From: Bacteriovoracia bacterium
GTDB lineage: Bacteria > Bdellovibrionota > UBA1018 > CAIPTA01
Length of the DNA stretch: 64,000 nt
Assembly: GCA_050246755.1 (NCBI GenBank)
Contig: JBFWVL010000004.1
Location: forward strand, 64,001 to 128,000
Direction: 5' to 3'
Shown: in pieces, positions 46,650-55,305 of the stretch
Layout of the letters: the number at the start of each line of letters is the position of its first letter
How positions within the stretch are numbered: position 1 is the stretch's first letter
Notes under the pieces: generated by a model
What the model saw: only the letters and a program-made list of their open reading frames with translations
Database searches by the model: none
What the model was told of the DNA's origin: nothing
Translations under genes and position numbers: made by a program

Positions 46650-46726
46650 GGCTCGGTAGCTCAGATGGTTAGAGCGTGGCATTCATAACGCCAAGGTCGG
46701 CAGTTCGATCCTGCCTCGAGCCACCA
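46650..46726 (+). tRNA. tRNA-Met (CAT), probably elongator
   Basis: GGCTCGG...TT-CAT-AA...GGCAG-TTCGATC-CTGCC-TCGAGCC-A-CCA; paired 1:72 and no triple G-C anticodon stem. Confidence 0.92.
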
Positions 46727-46759
46727 ATAAAATAACCCGCGCCTGCGGGTTTTTTTATT
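46727..46759 (+). terminator. Intrinsic terminator after the tRNA
   Basis: AACCCGC-GCCT-GCGGGTT followed by a T-tract. Confidence 0.75.
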
Positions 46760-46891
46760 GGCGGGCGGGTAGCGGATGAGAAGCGACGAGCAGTTCGACA
46801 AATCGGTAGGAAAGCCGGTTTGGACCCGCAGGCGAGGGCGCGTAAGCGGCGAGGGCATGAGCCCGAGCTCAACCTGCCTCGAGCCACCAAT
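46729..46891 (+). repeat. tRNA-linked (RtT-like) repeat ending in a duplicated tRNA 3' end
   Basis: 19-bp direct repeat CCTGCCTCGAGCCACCAAT at 46710-46728 and 46873-46891; internal GGATGAGAAG...GTTCGAC. Confidence 0.75.
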
Positions 46892-46916
46892 TTCAAAGCT
46901 TTTTTATAGCTCGATC

Positions 46917-47249
46917 CTATCCCGCGTACTTCCTCAGCAGCTGGGTATAGGATTCCTTGCTCTGTTTTCCCACTAGCTGATCCACCACTTTCCCGTCTTT
47001 AAATACCAGCACGGTAGGAATCCCGCGCACTCCGTATTGGGCCGGAGTGGCGGGGTTGGCGTCGATATCAAGCTTGGCCACTTTCACCTGGCCGGCGAAT
47101 TCGTCCGCGATCTCATCGATGATGGGCGCGAGGGCGCGGCAGGGGCCGCACCATTCGGCCCAGAGGTCCACGAGCACGGGCTTGGGGGAGCCGAGCACGC
47201 TGGACTTGAAGTCCTGGTCCGTCACCGTAAATACTTTTTGATTACTCAT
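46917..47249 (-). CDS. trxA: Thioredoxin
   Basis: WCGPC; GIPT. Confidence 0.95.
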   Translation of the reverse strand: MSNQKVFTVTDQDFKSSVLGSPKPVLVDLWAEWCGPCRALAPIIDEIADEFAGQVKVAKLDIDANPATPAQYGVRGIPTVLVFKDGKVVDQLVGKQSKESYTQLLRKYAG

Positions 47250-47259
47250 GGTTTTCTCC

Positions 47260-47520
47260 TTAATGCAGCAGGATCCCGCGTTTCGCGTATTTCTTCTCGA
47301 ACTCTTCCATGCGCGAGCTTTTCTTCTCTTTGGGCTTTGCGCCGGTAAAGGCGGGGTGCGAGTCGCTAGAGATCTCCACCTTCACGAGCGGGTAGGTTTT
47401 CCCGTCGGTCCAGCGGATTGTTTCTTTGGTGTCGATGGCGGAGTTGATCAGGAAACCCTTGCCGGTAACGATGTCCTGAAAGACCACGCTCTTGGATTCA
47501 GGATGAATATTCTTTTTCAT
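47260..47520 (-). CDS. rpmE2: 50S ribosomal protein L31 type B (Zn-free)
   Basis: MKKNIHP, VVFQD, YPLVKVEISSDSHP; no Cys. Confidence 0.93.
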   Translation of the reverse strand: MKKNIHPESKSVVFQDIVTGKGFLINSAIDTKETIRWTDGKTYPLVKVEISSDSHPAFTGAKPKEKKSSRMEEFEKKYAKRGILLH

Positions 47521-47700
47521 GAGGTGCTCCTTTCGCGAGCCGTTTTTATTGTTAATAATATAGTAACAGTAAGGTCTTTGTCAAGGAGCTTGCGGTAAGG
47601 TGCTAATATTTAAGAGAAATATTAGATTTCTTTATTCGTGGTGGCATTGGGGTTGAAAATCCCACTTTGACTTCCCGCATCCCGCTCCCATCTTTGGTCC

Positions 47701-48411
47701 ATGGTTAGAGAAGTACTTTTAGAAACCGACGAGCACGAGCCCCGCATCATCCAGAAGGTCCGCGGGAATTGGCTGACGCGAAAGCCGAGGAAAAATTCTT
47801 TCTTCGTGGCGGCCCTTTCCACGATGCTGCTCGCGATCGGCGCCTTCTTTTTCTGGAGCGATTTTTTGCACGCCGGTTCCTGGATGACCGGGATTCGTGA
47901 AAATGTTTTTTCCTCCTATGAGTTCTGGCGCCCTTGGACGGCGCTGCTCGCGCATGGAGATTTGGGGCACTTGCTTTCCAATTCCGTTTTATTTTTCGCC
48001 TTTGCGTACTTGCTCTACGGGCATTTCGGCGCTTGGGCTTTTCCCGGGGCGGCGCTGTTCTTTGGCGGGATCACGAATCTGGTCGTACTGAGGGCGATGC
48101 CGCCTTCGGCGGAGCTGCTCGGGATTTCGGGCGTGGTGTACTGGATGGGCGGAGCTTGGCTCACGCTGTATTTTTACCTGGAGAATCGCGATAAGCTGGC
48201 GGTGAGGATGCTGAAGGCGATGGGGGTGGGGATCGTTCTGTTTATTCCCGAAACGATTCGCCCCAATGTGAGCTACTTCAGCCATTTCGTCGGCTTCGTG
48301 CTGGGGATTTTCTGGGCGGCGCTATACTACCGGCTGCATCGGAAACAGTTCCAACGCGCGGTGGTGGTGCAGACGATCATCGAGGAGCCGGTTCCCTTCG
48401 ACTACGAGTGA
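47701..48411 (+). CDS. Rhomboid intramembrane serine protease
   Basis: WRPWT..H...HLLSN, GISG, HFVGF. Confidence 0.9.
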   Translation: MVREVLLETDEHEPRIIQKVRGNWLTRKPRKNSFFVAALSTMLLAIGAFFFWSDFLHAGSWMTGIRENVFSSYEFWRPWTALLAHGDLGHLLSNSVLFFAFAYLLYGHFGAWAFPGAALFFGGITNLVVLRAMPPSAELLGISGVVYWMGGAWLTLYFYLENRDKLAVRMLKAMGVGIVLFIPETIRPNVSYFSHFVGFVLGIFWAALYYRLHRKQFQRAVVVQTIIEEPVPFDYE

Positions 48412-49313
48412 GGGGTTTCTTTCGGTAATCCGAAGGTCAGTTTTTCTTTCTTGTCCGGAAATTTTGCGCTCGCGAAGAGCGCGTCCCAAAACGAAAAAAT
48501 AAATCCGAAATTTTTATTATGATGCGCAGGATCCTGACTATGGTGGATCTGGTGGGTGGCCGGGCTCACGAATACGCGATCGAGCACTCTGCCGTAACTC
48601 AGCCAGATATGAGAATGCTGCAAGTGGATGGTGGCGAGGTAGAAAGAAAGTAGGACCGTAAGGAAGAGCTGAAGCTTCTCGGGCTGTACGGGAAAGCTGA
48701 AGAAGTAGAGGATGGGAATTCCCACGAGGCTGCCCCCGATCGACATCGCCCAGCGAAAAAGAAAAATCATCACGGGATGAGAGCGATTTACGCTGAGTGG
48801 GGTGAGGAAGACGGATTCGTGGTGCACGCGATGGTAGCGCCAGAGAAAATCATTACGGTGCATCATGCGGTGGATCCAGAATTTGCCAAAATCGCCGGCA
48901 ATCACGAGAAGAAGAACGAATATATATTGCCACCAGATTCCGGTAAGGGCGATCTGGCCACGGTCGGGGCCGCGCCAGTTGAGGCTGGCGATCGTGCCGG
49001 GAATACCGCCGTGATGCCCGGCGCCGTTGCCGTAGGAATAAATGCTCACATAGGTGGTGAGCAAGAGCACCACGAAGGTGCCGAAGAAAACCCAGGCCGC
49101 ATCGCGGGCAAGTTCGGTCCAGAAGAGCTTCTGTGTGATCCAGTTTATGCTGGAGCGAAAAACGGCGGCGAAGGAGCCGTGTTCGCGGCGCAAAAGAAGG
49201 AAGGCGATGACCAACGCCGAAAGCAGCCAAATCAGTTCGAACTCCGCCGACTTCAGCATAATGGAAAAATAGCGCTGCCACGAAAGGGTGGAGAACTCGT
49301 GCATGAGACCCAT
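48402..49313 (-). CDS. Sterol desaturase / fatty acid hydroxylase family protein
   Basis: HRMMH, HRVHH, HLQHSH, HQIHH, NFG..WD; start uncertain. Confidence 0.88.
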   Translation of the reverse strand: MGLMHEFSTLSWQRYFSIMLKSAEFELIWLLSALVIAFLLLRREHGSFAAVFRSSINWITQKLFWTELARDAAWVFFGTFVVLLLTTYVSIYSYGNGAGHHGGIPGTIASLNWRGPDRGQIALTGIWWQYIFVLLLVIAGDFGKFWIHRMMHRNDFLWRYHRVHHESVFLTPLSVNRSHPVMIFLFRWAMSIGGSLVGIPILYFFSFPVQPEKLQLFLTVLLSFYLATIHLQHSHIWLSYGRVLDRVFVSPATHQIHHSQDPAHHNKNFGFIFSFWDALFASAKFPDKKEKLTFGLPKETPHS

Positions 49314-49456
49314 TTTCCTAGTGAACCACGGATCAGGAGACCGGGAAAGAGGGGTTCTTGGTGGGGCGAGCTGACGCGCTCCGGCCACGGAAAAGCGCAG
49401 CGCTAACCCTGCGGGCTATGGTACGTTGTTCCCTGAACCAATTTCTTGGAGGCTTT

Positions 49457-49915
49457 ATGTTAACCGTCGGTCAAAAATTTCCTGATTTTCGTCTCGCCAA
49501 CCAGAACGGCAAAGAGCGTTCGCTAAAAGATTTTCACGGCAAGTGGCTGGTGCTGTACGTGTACCCCAAAGATGATACGCCCGGCTGCACGATTCAGGGA
49601 AAATCCTTCACTGAGCAAAAAGCTGCTTTCGAAAAATTGGGCGTGAACATCGTGGGCGTAAGCCAAGACGACGTGGCCTCCCATAAGAATTTTTGCGATA
49701 AATATTCTTTCACGATCGAGTTGCTGGCGGACCCTGGCTCGCAGCTGCTGAAATCCGCGCAGGTGGGTCAGAGCGAGTATAAAGGCACCATGTACTGGGA
49801 CCGCACGACCTTCGTGATCGACCCTCAAGGCACGCTTCGTAAAATCTACGAAAAAGTGAAGCCGGATGGCCATGAGCAAACTTTGCTCACCGACATCGCG
49901 GCAATGACGAAGTAG
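49457..49915 (+). CDS. bcp: Peroxiredoxin (Bcp/PrxQ)
   Basis: YPKDDTPGCT, RTTFVID; GGAGG SD. Confidence 0.92.
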   Translation: MLTVGQKFPDFRLANQNGKERSLKDFHGKWLVLYVYPKDDTPGCTIQGKSFTEQKAAFEKLGVNIVGVSQDDVASHKNFCDKYSFTIELLADPGSQLLKSAQVGQSEYKGTMYWDRTTFVIDPQGTLRKIYEKVKPDGHEQTLLTDIAAMTK

Positions 49916-49924
49916 ATTTTCTTT

Positions 49925-49976
49925 AAACGCACAAAGCCCTTTGCTGGCTCTCACCGGCAAAGGGCTTTGTGCGTTT
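49925..49976. terminator. Long bidirectional terminator hairpin
   Basis: 20-bp perfect inverted repeat AAACGCACAAAGCCCTTTGC between convergent genes. Confidence 0.75.
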
Positions 49977-49986
49977 GGGCGTTTAA

Positions 49987-50493
49987 TTAGCGGGTGCTAC
50001 TTCCGCCCGTGTCGAGGCCACTGGAATCCGAAGCACTGGAATTACCAGTGCCGGATCCGGGAGGGCTCATGCCGGGGTTATTGGCGCCGCTGGCATCGGC
50101 CCCGCTAGTGCCCGTGGTTCCATTAGCGTTTGAGCCTACGCCACTAGGCCGGGGGAAGGCGGGGTTCCGGTTCGTCATGCTAGAGGTACCCATATCGGTG
50201 GACTGGCTCGACGCTCCAGGATTTGGATTCGTGGTGGGCAGGTTCCGGCTCGTGCCGTTGCGATTCGTCCGCATGCGTTTGCGGTTGCCGAGGGTATCGC
50301 GCGTACGCACGCCGTTACGGTCCGTGGTCACGTTGGAATTCATGGGATTGGCGGTGGGGGCGCTGCGAATGGCGCCGGTAGTATCCGTCATCGTCGTGGG
50401 CAGCGGAGGATTAATGGTATTGTAGCCGTCCGCAGCGAAGGCCGGGGCGCTAAAGGCCAGGCAGAGGGCGGCGAAACTGGTGAAATTGGTCAT
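49987..50493 (-). CDS. Secreted low-complexity (T/S/G/N-rich) protein
   Basis: Signal peptide ending AFA; AAGGAG SD. Confidence 0.7.
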   Translation of the reverse strand: MTNFTSFAALCLAFSAPAFAADGYNTINPPLPTTMTDTTGAIRSAPTANPMNSNVTTDRNGVRTRDTLGNRKRMRTNRNGTSRNLPTTNPNPGASSQSTDMGTSSMTNRNPAFPRPSGVGSNANGTTGTSGADASGANNPGMSPPGSGTGNSSASDSSGLDTGGSSTR

Positions 50494-50549
50494 GGTAGCT
50501 CCTTTTTACGTTCTAATGTTGGACATCTCTCGGTGTCGCTCCCTTAAAG

Positions 50550-50565
50550 AGCAAGGTCGGTGCCA
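50550..50565 (-). promoter_or_regulatory. sigma-54 promoter
   Basis: Minus strand TGGCACCGACCTTGCT, consensus. Confidence 0.7.
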
Positions 50566-50729
50566 AATTTCCCGAGGCGGAAAATGCGCCCAAGCAGCAA
50601 TTGCCGCGCAGGTAAACCTGACATTCTTTCCACCGCGACTGTAAGGTGCGGAAGAAGCGAACAATTTGCTTCTCACCATTGCGCTCTACGCCGGACCTGA
50701 CTACGATTTTCGTAGGGGGCATGGAGAGG

Positions 50730-51947
50730 ATGAATAAATTATTTTTACTTTTGGTGGTTTTGGGATTTTCGGGAACCGCGCACGCGGAAAGATGGATCGT
50801 CAAAAATCCTCGTGCTTCGCTCACGCTATTTGCTCCCTTGAAGGTGCTTGAGCTCGGCGGCGATAGCTATATGGTGGTAGACGCTCCCGCCTACGCAACT
50901 CTTGCCGAGTTCGCGTCCTACGGAGAATCCGCTTTTCCCGATGCGCGCATATCTCTGCCTAAGGATCTTCCGGCCGACGACGGCATGGAGGATCCCGACG
51001 CGAGAATGGCCTGGCACGTGAAGGCTTTACAGTACGAAAAACTACCGGCCCAGTTCAACGGCACCGGCGTGATCGTGGCGGTGGTAGATACCGGCGTGGA
51101 CTATAGCCATCCGGCTCTCGTGGGTCATATCTGGACCAATGAAAAAGAGATTGCCGGTAACGGCATCGATGACGACGGAAACGGATACATCGACGATATT
51201 CACGGGTGGGACTTCGAACTCGGCAAAAATGATCCGATGGACGATAACGGCCACGGCACACATTGCTCGGGGATAATCGCGGCGAGCCCGAATGCCGAGA
51301 CGCGCGCGCAAGGGGTGGCTCCGGGCGCAAAGGTGATGGCGATCCGGGTGATCGGCGAAAAGAGTATCGGCTTCCTATCGGACGCGATTGCCGGAATAAA
51401 ATACGCCGTGGACAACGGTGCGCGCGTGCTCTCAAATTCTTGGCGCGTGTATAAGAGCTGGGGCGATTTTGATCCCAGCGAAGAAAATATCGAGCTTTTG
51501 AAAAAAGCGATTCTCTACGCCGGGGAGCACGGCGCCGTGTTCGTGGCGGCCGCCGGGAATGAAGCGGTAAACCTCGATACCGATTTCGATAAAGACCCGA
51601 TGTTTCCCGGTGGCTATATGGGCATTAGCAGTCTCATCGTGGTGGCGGCTTCCGACCAAAGGAGTGAGCCGGCCTATTTTACGAACTATGGGGGCAGCCA
51701 CGTGGGAGTGGCTGCGCCCGGAGTTTCGATCCTTTCCACCACGCCGGGAAATAACTGGGCGGCAATGAGCGGCACTTCGATGGCCACTCCGCTGGTAGCG
51801 GGCGCAGTAGCGCGCGGCTTGAGCGCTAACTTTTCTCCCGCCGAGATCGGCGACAAGCTGGTGAATTCCAGCTCGAATGGCGGCTCCTGGGGTACGAAAA
51901 TTCGCGCTAAGGGAGTGGTGGACCTGATGAGATACCTAACTCCTTAG
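50730..51947 (+). CDS. S8 subtilisin-like serine protease
   Basis: VDTG, HGTH, AAGN, GTSMATP; signal peptide. Confidence 0.93.
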   Translation: MNKLFLLLVVLGFSGTAHAERWIVKNPRASLTLFAPLKVLELGGDSYMVVDAPAYATLAEFASYGESAFPDARISLPKDLPADDGMEDPDARMAWHVKALQYEKLPAQFNGTGVIVAVVDTGVDYSHPALVGHIWTNEKEIAGNGIDDDGNGYIDDIHGWDFELGKNDPMDDNGHGTHCSGIIAASPNAETRAQGVAPGAKVMAIRVIGEKSIGFLSDAIAGIKYAVDNGARVLSNSWRVYKSWGDFDPSEENIELLKKAILYAGEHGAVFVAAAGNEAVNLDTDFDKDPMFPGGYMGISSLIVVAASDQRSEPAYFTNYGGSHVGVAAPGVSILSTTPGNNWAAMSGTSMATPLVAGAVARGLSANFSPAEIGDKLVNSSSNGGSWGTKIRAKGVVDLMRYLTP

Positions 51948-52055
51948 GTATTTCCCCTTCGAAAGCTGCGGTGCCCCTCGGCGCCGCGGCTTTTTTCTTC
52001 GTCCGCTGCTGAGTTCATGGACAGGCGAGGGCCTTTGCGATTAATTTGTTGCTGA

Positions 52056-53291
52056 ATGAACAACGGTGAAAAAATTCTTGCGAAGCTCCGGGAGGCTTTT
52101 CGCGGCCTAGGCCAAAACGCGCGCAAGTGCCTTGCGATTTCGGGCGGAATAGATTCGATGTTATTGCTCGAGGCGGCTCACCGGATCGGCGCCGAGAATG
52201 TGTTGGTGTTGCACGTGAATCACGGCCTGCGGGGAGAGGAATCTGCCGCCGACGAACTATTCGTGCGCCGAGTGGCCCAAGCGTATGGCTTCCGTTATGA
52301 AAGTATCTTGTTGTCCTGGGCGGATGAAAAACCCTCCCAAGCCGCGTGCCGGAAGCGGCGGGAAGATTTTTTTGAGTCCGTGCTCAGGCCGGGAGAAAAA
52401 ATTTTTCTCGCGCACCACCGCGACGACCAGGCCGAAACGGTTTTTTTACGTCTGCTGCGCGGCACGGGAATCGATGGCCTGGGCGGAATGGCGGAAGAGT
52501 CCGCGAATAAAATACGCCCCTTGTTGGGATTCAGCCGGGAGGAAATTCTTGCGGCCGCGAAAGCCTGGAAAGTGACGTGGCGGGAAGATTCTTCCAACCG
52601 CTCTTCGCGGTACGAAAGAAACTGGCTGCGGAATGAAATATTTCCCCTGCTTGAAGCACGCCGCCCGGGCTTTTCGCGAAGGCTCGCGGATTTGGCGGGA
52701 GAAGTAGGGGCTTTGGAGACCGGGAAAGGCGGGGAAGCGAATCTTTTTTCTTTTGCTCCCGGGCTGAGCTTTGGCGAGCGAGGCAGCCTGCTGGCGCTCG
52801 GCGAAAGAGGGATAAAAAATACCTTTCGGCTGAATCGGCGGCACACGTTGGATTTGGCGCGGCTGCTGAAAAAAGGAAGCGGAGAGTGTTCCAGTGAGGG
52901 CAAAAAATTCCGTCTTTCGCAGGGGATTTTGCTCGTGGAGAGTGGCGAGCGGTTTTGTGACCGGCTAGATTGGCGCTCTCCCAGGGCCGGAGAGAATGTG
53001 GCCGAAAGCATGCTCGGAGCATGGACCTTCCGAAGCCCGCTAAATGAAACATTGGCCGCGCCTGACTTGCTGGCCGGCGAAAAAGGGAAGAAAAGATTTC
53101 AGGAAGAAGGTGTGCCCATTTTTTTCCGCGCTTCCCTGCCGGTGCTGAGAGCAGAAAGGGGCAAGAAAATTCTTTTACCGCTTCTGCCCGGTTCCACCGC
53201 GTTCCTCGATTTTTGTCCTTCGTCCCTCGGCCACTGGTGGCTTAATTCATCTGCAGCGCGCGGTGATCGGGCTGGGAAGATTTCCAGATAA
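52056..53291 (+). CDS. tilS: tRNA(Ile)-lysidine synthase
   Basis: SGGIDS, HVNHGLR, AHHRDDQAET, EDSSN, RNWLR. Confidence 0.92.
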   Translation: MNNGEKILAKLREAFRGLGQNARKCLAISGGIDSMLLLEAAHRIGAENVLVLHVNHGLRGEESAADELFVRRVAQAYGFRYESILLSWADEKPSQAACRKRREDFFESVLRPGEKIFLAHHRDDQAETVFLRLLRGTGIDGLGGMAEESANKIRPLLGFSREEILAAAKAWKVTWREDSSNRSSRYERNWLRNEIFPLLEARRPGFSRRLADLAGEVGALETGKGGEANLFSFAPGLSFGERGSLLALGERGIKNTFRLNRRHTLDLARLLKKGSGECSSEGKKFRLSQGILLVESGERFCDRLDWRSPRAGENVAESMLGAWTFRSPLNETLAAPDLLAGEKGKKRFQEEGVPIFFRASLPVLRAERGKKILLPLLPGSTAFLDFCPSSLGHWWLNSSAARGDRAGKISR

Positions 53292-53733
53292 AAAATCCCG
53301 CTACGGTGGCGGCGCCGAATGCTAGCACCCAGGGCCAGTATTCCTTTTTCGGAGACTCGATATTAGCGGGAAGCGCGGGCAGGTCCAATTGCGGTGAAAA
53401 TCTTTCGGGAGCGATTTCGGCCTTAGTCTCCGCGTAAAATTTTTGGCAGACCGACTCGGCTTCGCCAATTTTTAAAACGATCGGTGTTTCGCTTGCGCCG
53501 CGATGGTACATGCCCCTCAGTTCTTTACCGCTCTCTTCGAGTTTTAGCCAATGACTGCCCTCGGCGATACCGGTGAACTCCCAGCTGACGCCACTCCTTT
53601 CGGAAAGGCAGTGTAGGAGCGTGATCGCCTCTTCGGCTAGCTCTTCATTTTGCACTGCGGCGGCAAATTGGATGGTATCGGCCTTCGCCGCCAGCGATTG
53701 GAAGAGCAAGGCAATGCAAATTAATTTTTTCAT
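53242..53733 (-). CDS. Exported hypothetical protein with C-terminal TM
   Basis: MKKLICIALL signal peptide; AGGAG SD. Confidence 0.6.
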   Translation of the reverse strand: MKKLICIALLFQSLAAKADTIQFAAAVQNEELAEEAITLLHCLSERSGVSWEFTGIAEGSHWLKLEESGKELRGMYHRGASETPIVLKIGEAESVCQKFYAETKAEIAPERFSPQLDLPALPANIESPKKEYWPWVLAFGAATVAGFFIWKSSQPDHRALQMN

Positions 53734-54083
53734 CGGATCTCCTGAATAAAGGTGGGACGGGAAATTTTGCGGCAGAGGAAAGGGGGCTCGGGCAAATCTG
53801 AAATGAGCCATTGGCCACTTAAAGAGAAGAAGCCCTCGGCAACTCCGCTTTCGGATTCGAGCTCGAAGTAGGTTCCCGGTTCGAGGTTTTGACAGGGAGT
53901 GGAATCGGTGAGCTGCCAGCCGTGCGCCAGCAGGGTTTCGAAGTTTTCCGGAGTTTCCGCCGTGCCGGGAAGTAGTAAAAATCCCGCTACTCCCAGGGCT
54001 AGGCTAGTGGCCGCGAGGTAAAAGCTGGGACGAACCGCGGATTTTTTCGATGGTTTCGTTGCGGTGCTCGACGATTTTTTCAA
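53730..54083 (-). CDS. Hypothetical membrane-anchored protein in the pilin operon (start uncertain)
   Basis: One TM (FYLAATSLALGVAGFLLL) followed by a soluble domain. Confidence 0.5.
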   Translation of the reverse strand: MKKSSSTATKPSKKSAVRPSFYLAATSLALGVAGFLLLPGTAETPENFETLLAHGWQLTDSTPCQNLEPGTYFELESESGVAEGFFSLSGQWLISDLPEPPFLCRKISRPTFIQEIR

Positions 54084-54201
54084 ATCTCCTGCCGGCCGCA
54101 AGTTGGAGCGCCACCGCGCCGGCGTGAAACGTGAAAAGAATTGCCAAGAAAATTGTGAGCTCAACAAAGATGCCTCCTTTTTCATTGCGAATACGCTTCA
54201 C
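54004..54201 (-). CDS. TadE/F-like pseudopilin
   Basis: RNEKG|GIFVE prepilin cleavage motif followed by a hydrophobic helix. Confidence 0.6.
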   Translation of the reverse strand: MKRIRNEKGGIFVELTIFLAILFTFHAGAVALQLAAGRRFEKIVEHRNETIEKIRGSSQLLPRGH

Positions 54202-54835
54202 GAACTTCTCCCTTCGTGAGGGTGGGATCCCCGGTCAGCCGAATTTCCGTGCGTAGGGATAAAGTGTGGCAGCGTACTTTCGTGAGTTCTGTTTTCATCG
54301 AACGGAACTCCACGGCGCCCTTCACGTCGAAAAAAAGCGTCGCATTCCTTCGCAACGCCGAAACTAAGGAAGGAGTGGCCGCGCAGAACGCAGACTCCCG
54401 GGAAAAATTCGTGGCCCGGCAGTGGACCCTCATCAGCTCTTTGGCGCGCGTGGCGTGAATTCGTAGGTCTTGTTCCAGCGCCGTGGCGCGATTCGCCAGC
54501 AGGAGCGCTTGTTCGCCCATTTTGCCGAAAAGCACACCGGCGGGTCCGCCCAGGATCATGGCTCCCCGTGCCATTGCGATTCCGGTGCCCGTAATCCGCA
54601 GCCAGTCATTGGTGGAGGCCAGGTGCTCGAAAAGTTTTTTCCGGTCCACCGAAAGCTCCACCGCGCAAATGTCGAGGCGCGATTGCAGCGCCACTTTACG
54701 CTGGGTGCGGCTAATAACTTCCACCGTGCCCACGAGGAATAGCAGGGCGAGCAAGAGGAGGGGGCAGAGAAAGAGCAGAAGGTACCCGCGTTCGCACGAG
54801 ACTTTGCCGCGCGGAACGAAATTTTGAGTATTCAT
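54182..54835 (-). CDS. TadG-like protein
   Basis: CERG|YLLLF hydrophobic segment followed by LQSRLDICA (Tad N-terminal pattern). Confidence 0.6.
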   Translation of the reverse strand: MNTQNFVPRGKVSCERGYLLLFLCPLLLLALLFLVGTVEVISRTQRKVALQSRLDICAVELSVDRKKLFEHLASTNDWLRITGTGIAMARGAMILGGPAGVLFGKMGEQALLLANRATALEQDLRIHATRAKELMRVHCRATNFSRESAFCAATPSLVSALRRNATLFFDVKGAVEFRSMKTELTKVRCHTLSLRTEIRLTGDPTLTKGEVREAYSQ

Positions 54836-54947
54836 CTAGCCGTTTCTCCAGCCCCCGCCAGAGCCCGCAACCCAAGAGAAGCGCAGCAGCAAAAGCGGGA
54901 AGAAAGCATAGAATGGCCTCCAGGTTGATGGATCCTCGTTGGTTCAT
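54711..54947 (-). CDS. TadE-like pseudopilin
   Basis: MNQRG|SINLE followed by a hydrophobic helix. Confidence 0.6.
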   Translation of the reverse strand: MNQRGSINLEAILCFLPAFAAALLLGCGLWRGLEKRLDEYSKFRSARQSLVRTRVPSALSLPPPLARPAIPRGHGGSY

Positions 54948-55126
54948 GGGGAGAGCCGCACGGGGATTCCTTCGTCTACCTGCTCGCGAATTTCGCGGAA
55001 TTTAGAATGGATTTTTTTCCCGAGGGCTTTGGTAGAGCCCACGCAGACTAAGACCACCAGGGCCAATAGAATCATATATTCGATCAGGCCCTGGCCTTTT
55101 TGATTTTTGATTAGAGAAGAACGCAT
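54944..55126 (-). CDS. flp: Flp family type IVb pilin
   Basis: KNQKG|QGLIEY Flp motif; AAGGAG SD. Confidence 0.9.
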   Translation of the reverse strand: MRSSLIKNQKGQGLIEYMILLALVVLVCVGSTKALGKKIHSKFREIREQVDEGIPVRLSP

Positions 55127-55160
55127 TCGAGCTCCTTTTTTTGGTTGGCGGGCCGCCTAT

Positions 55161-55176
55161 GGCAAGCGCTATGCCG
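55161..55176 (-). promoter_or_regulatory. sigma-54 promoter of flp
   Basis: Minus strand CGGCATAGCGCTTGCC. Confidence 0.65.
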
Positions 55177-55305
55177 CGCCCTTCCTTAATAGAAGCGGGC
55201 TTAAGGAGAAAAACGGTAAAGAATTTAAACCCTTGGTGCATTGACACTCATTCCGCCCCTAGTGGATACTTATCCAAAGAGTTTTGGCCCCCGGAGAGGA
55301 ATGAG

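Noticed and set aside
46650-46726. Initiator tRNA, or tRNA-Ile2 linked to nearby tilS
   Set aside because: Lacks initiator hallmarks; U4:A69 differs from the E. coli TilS determinant C4:G69. Ile2 is not fully excluded.
46710-46891. attL/attR of a prophage or ICE
   Set aside because: Only 163 bp between the repeats; no integrase or cargo.
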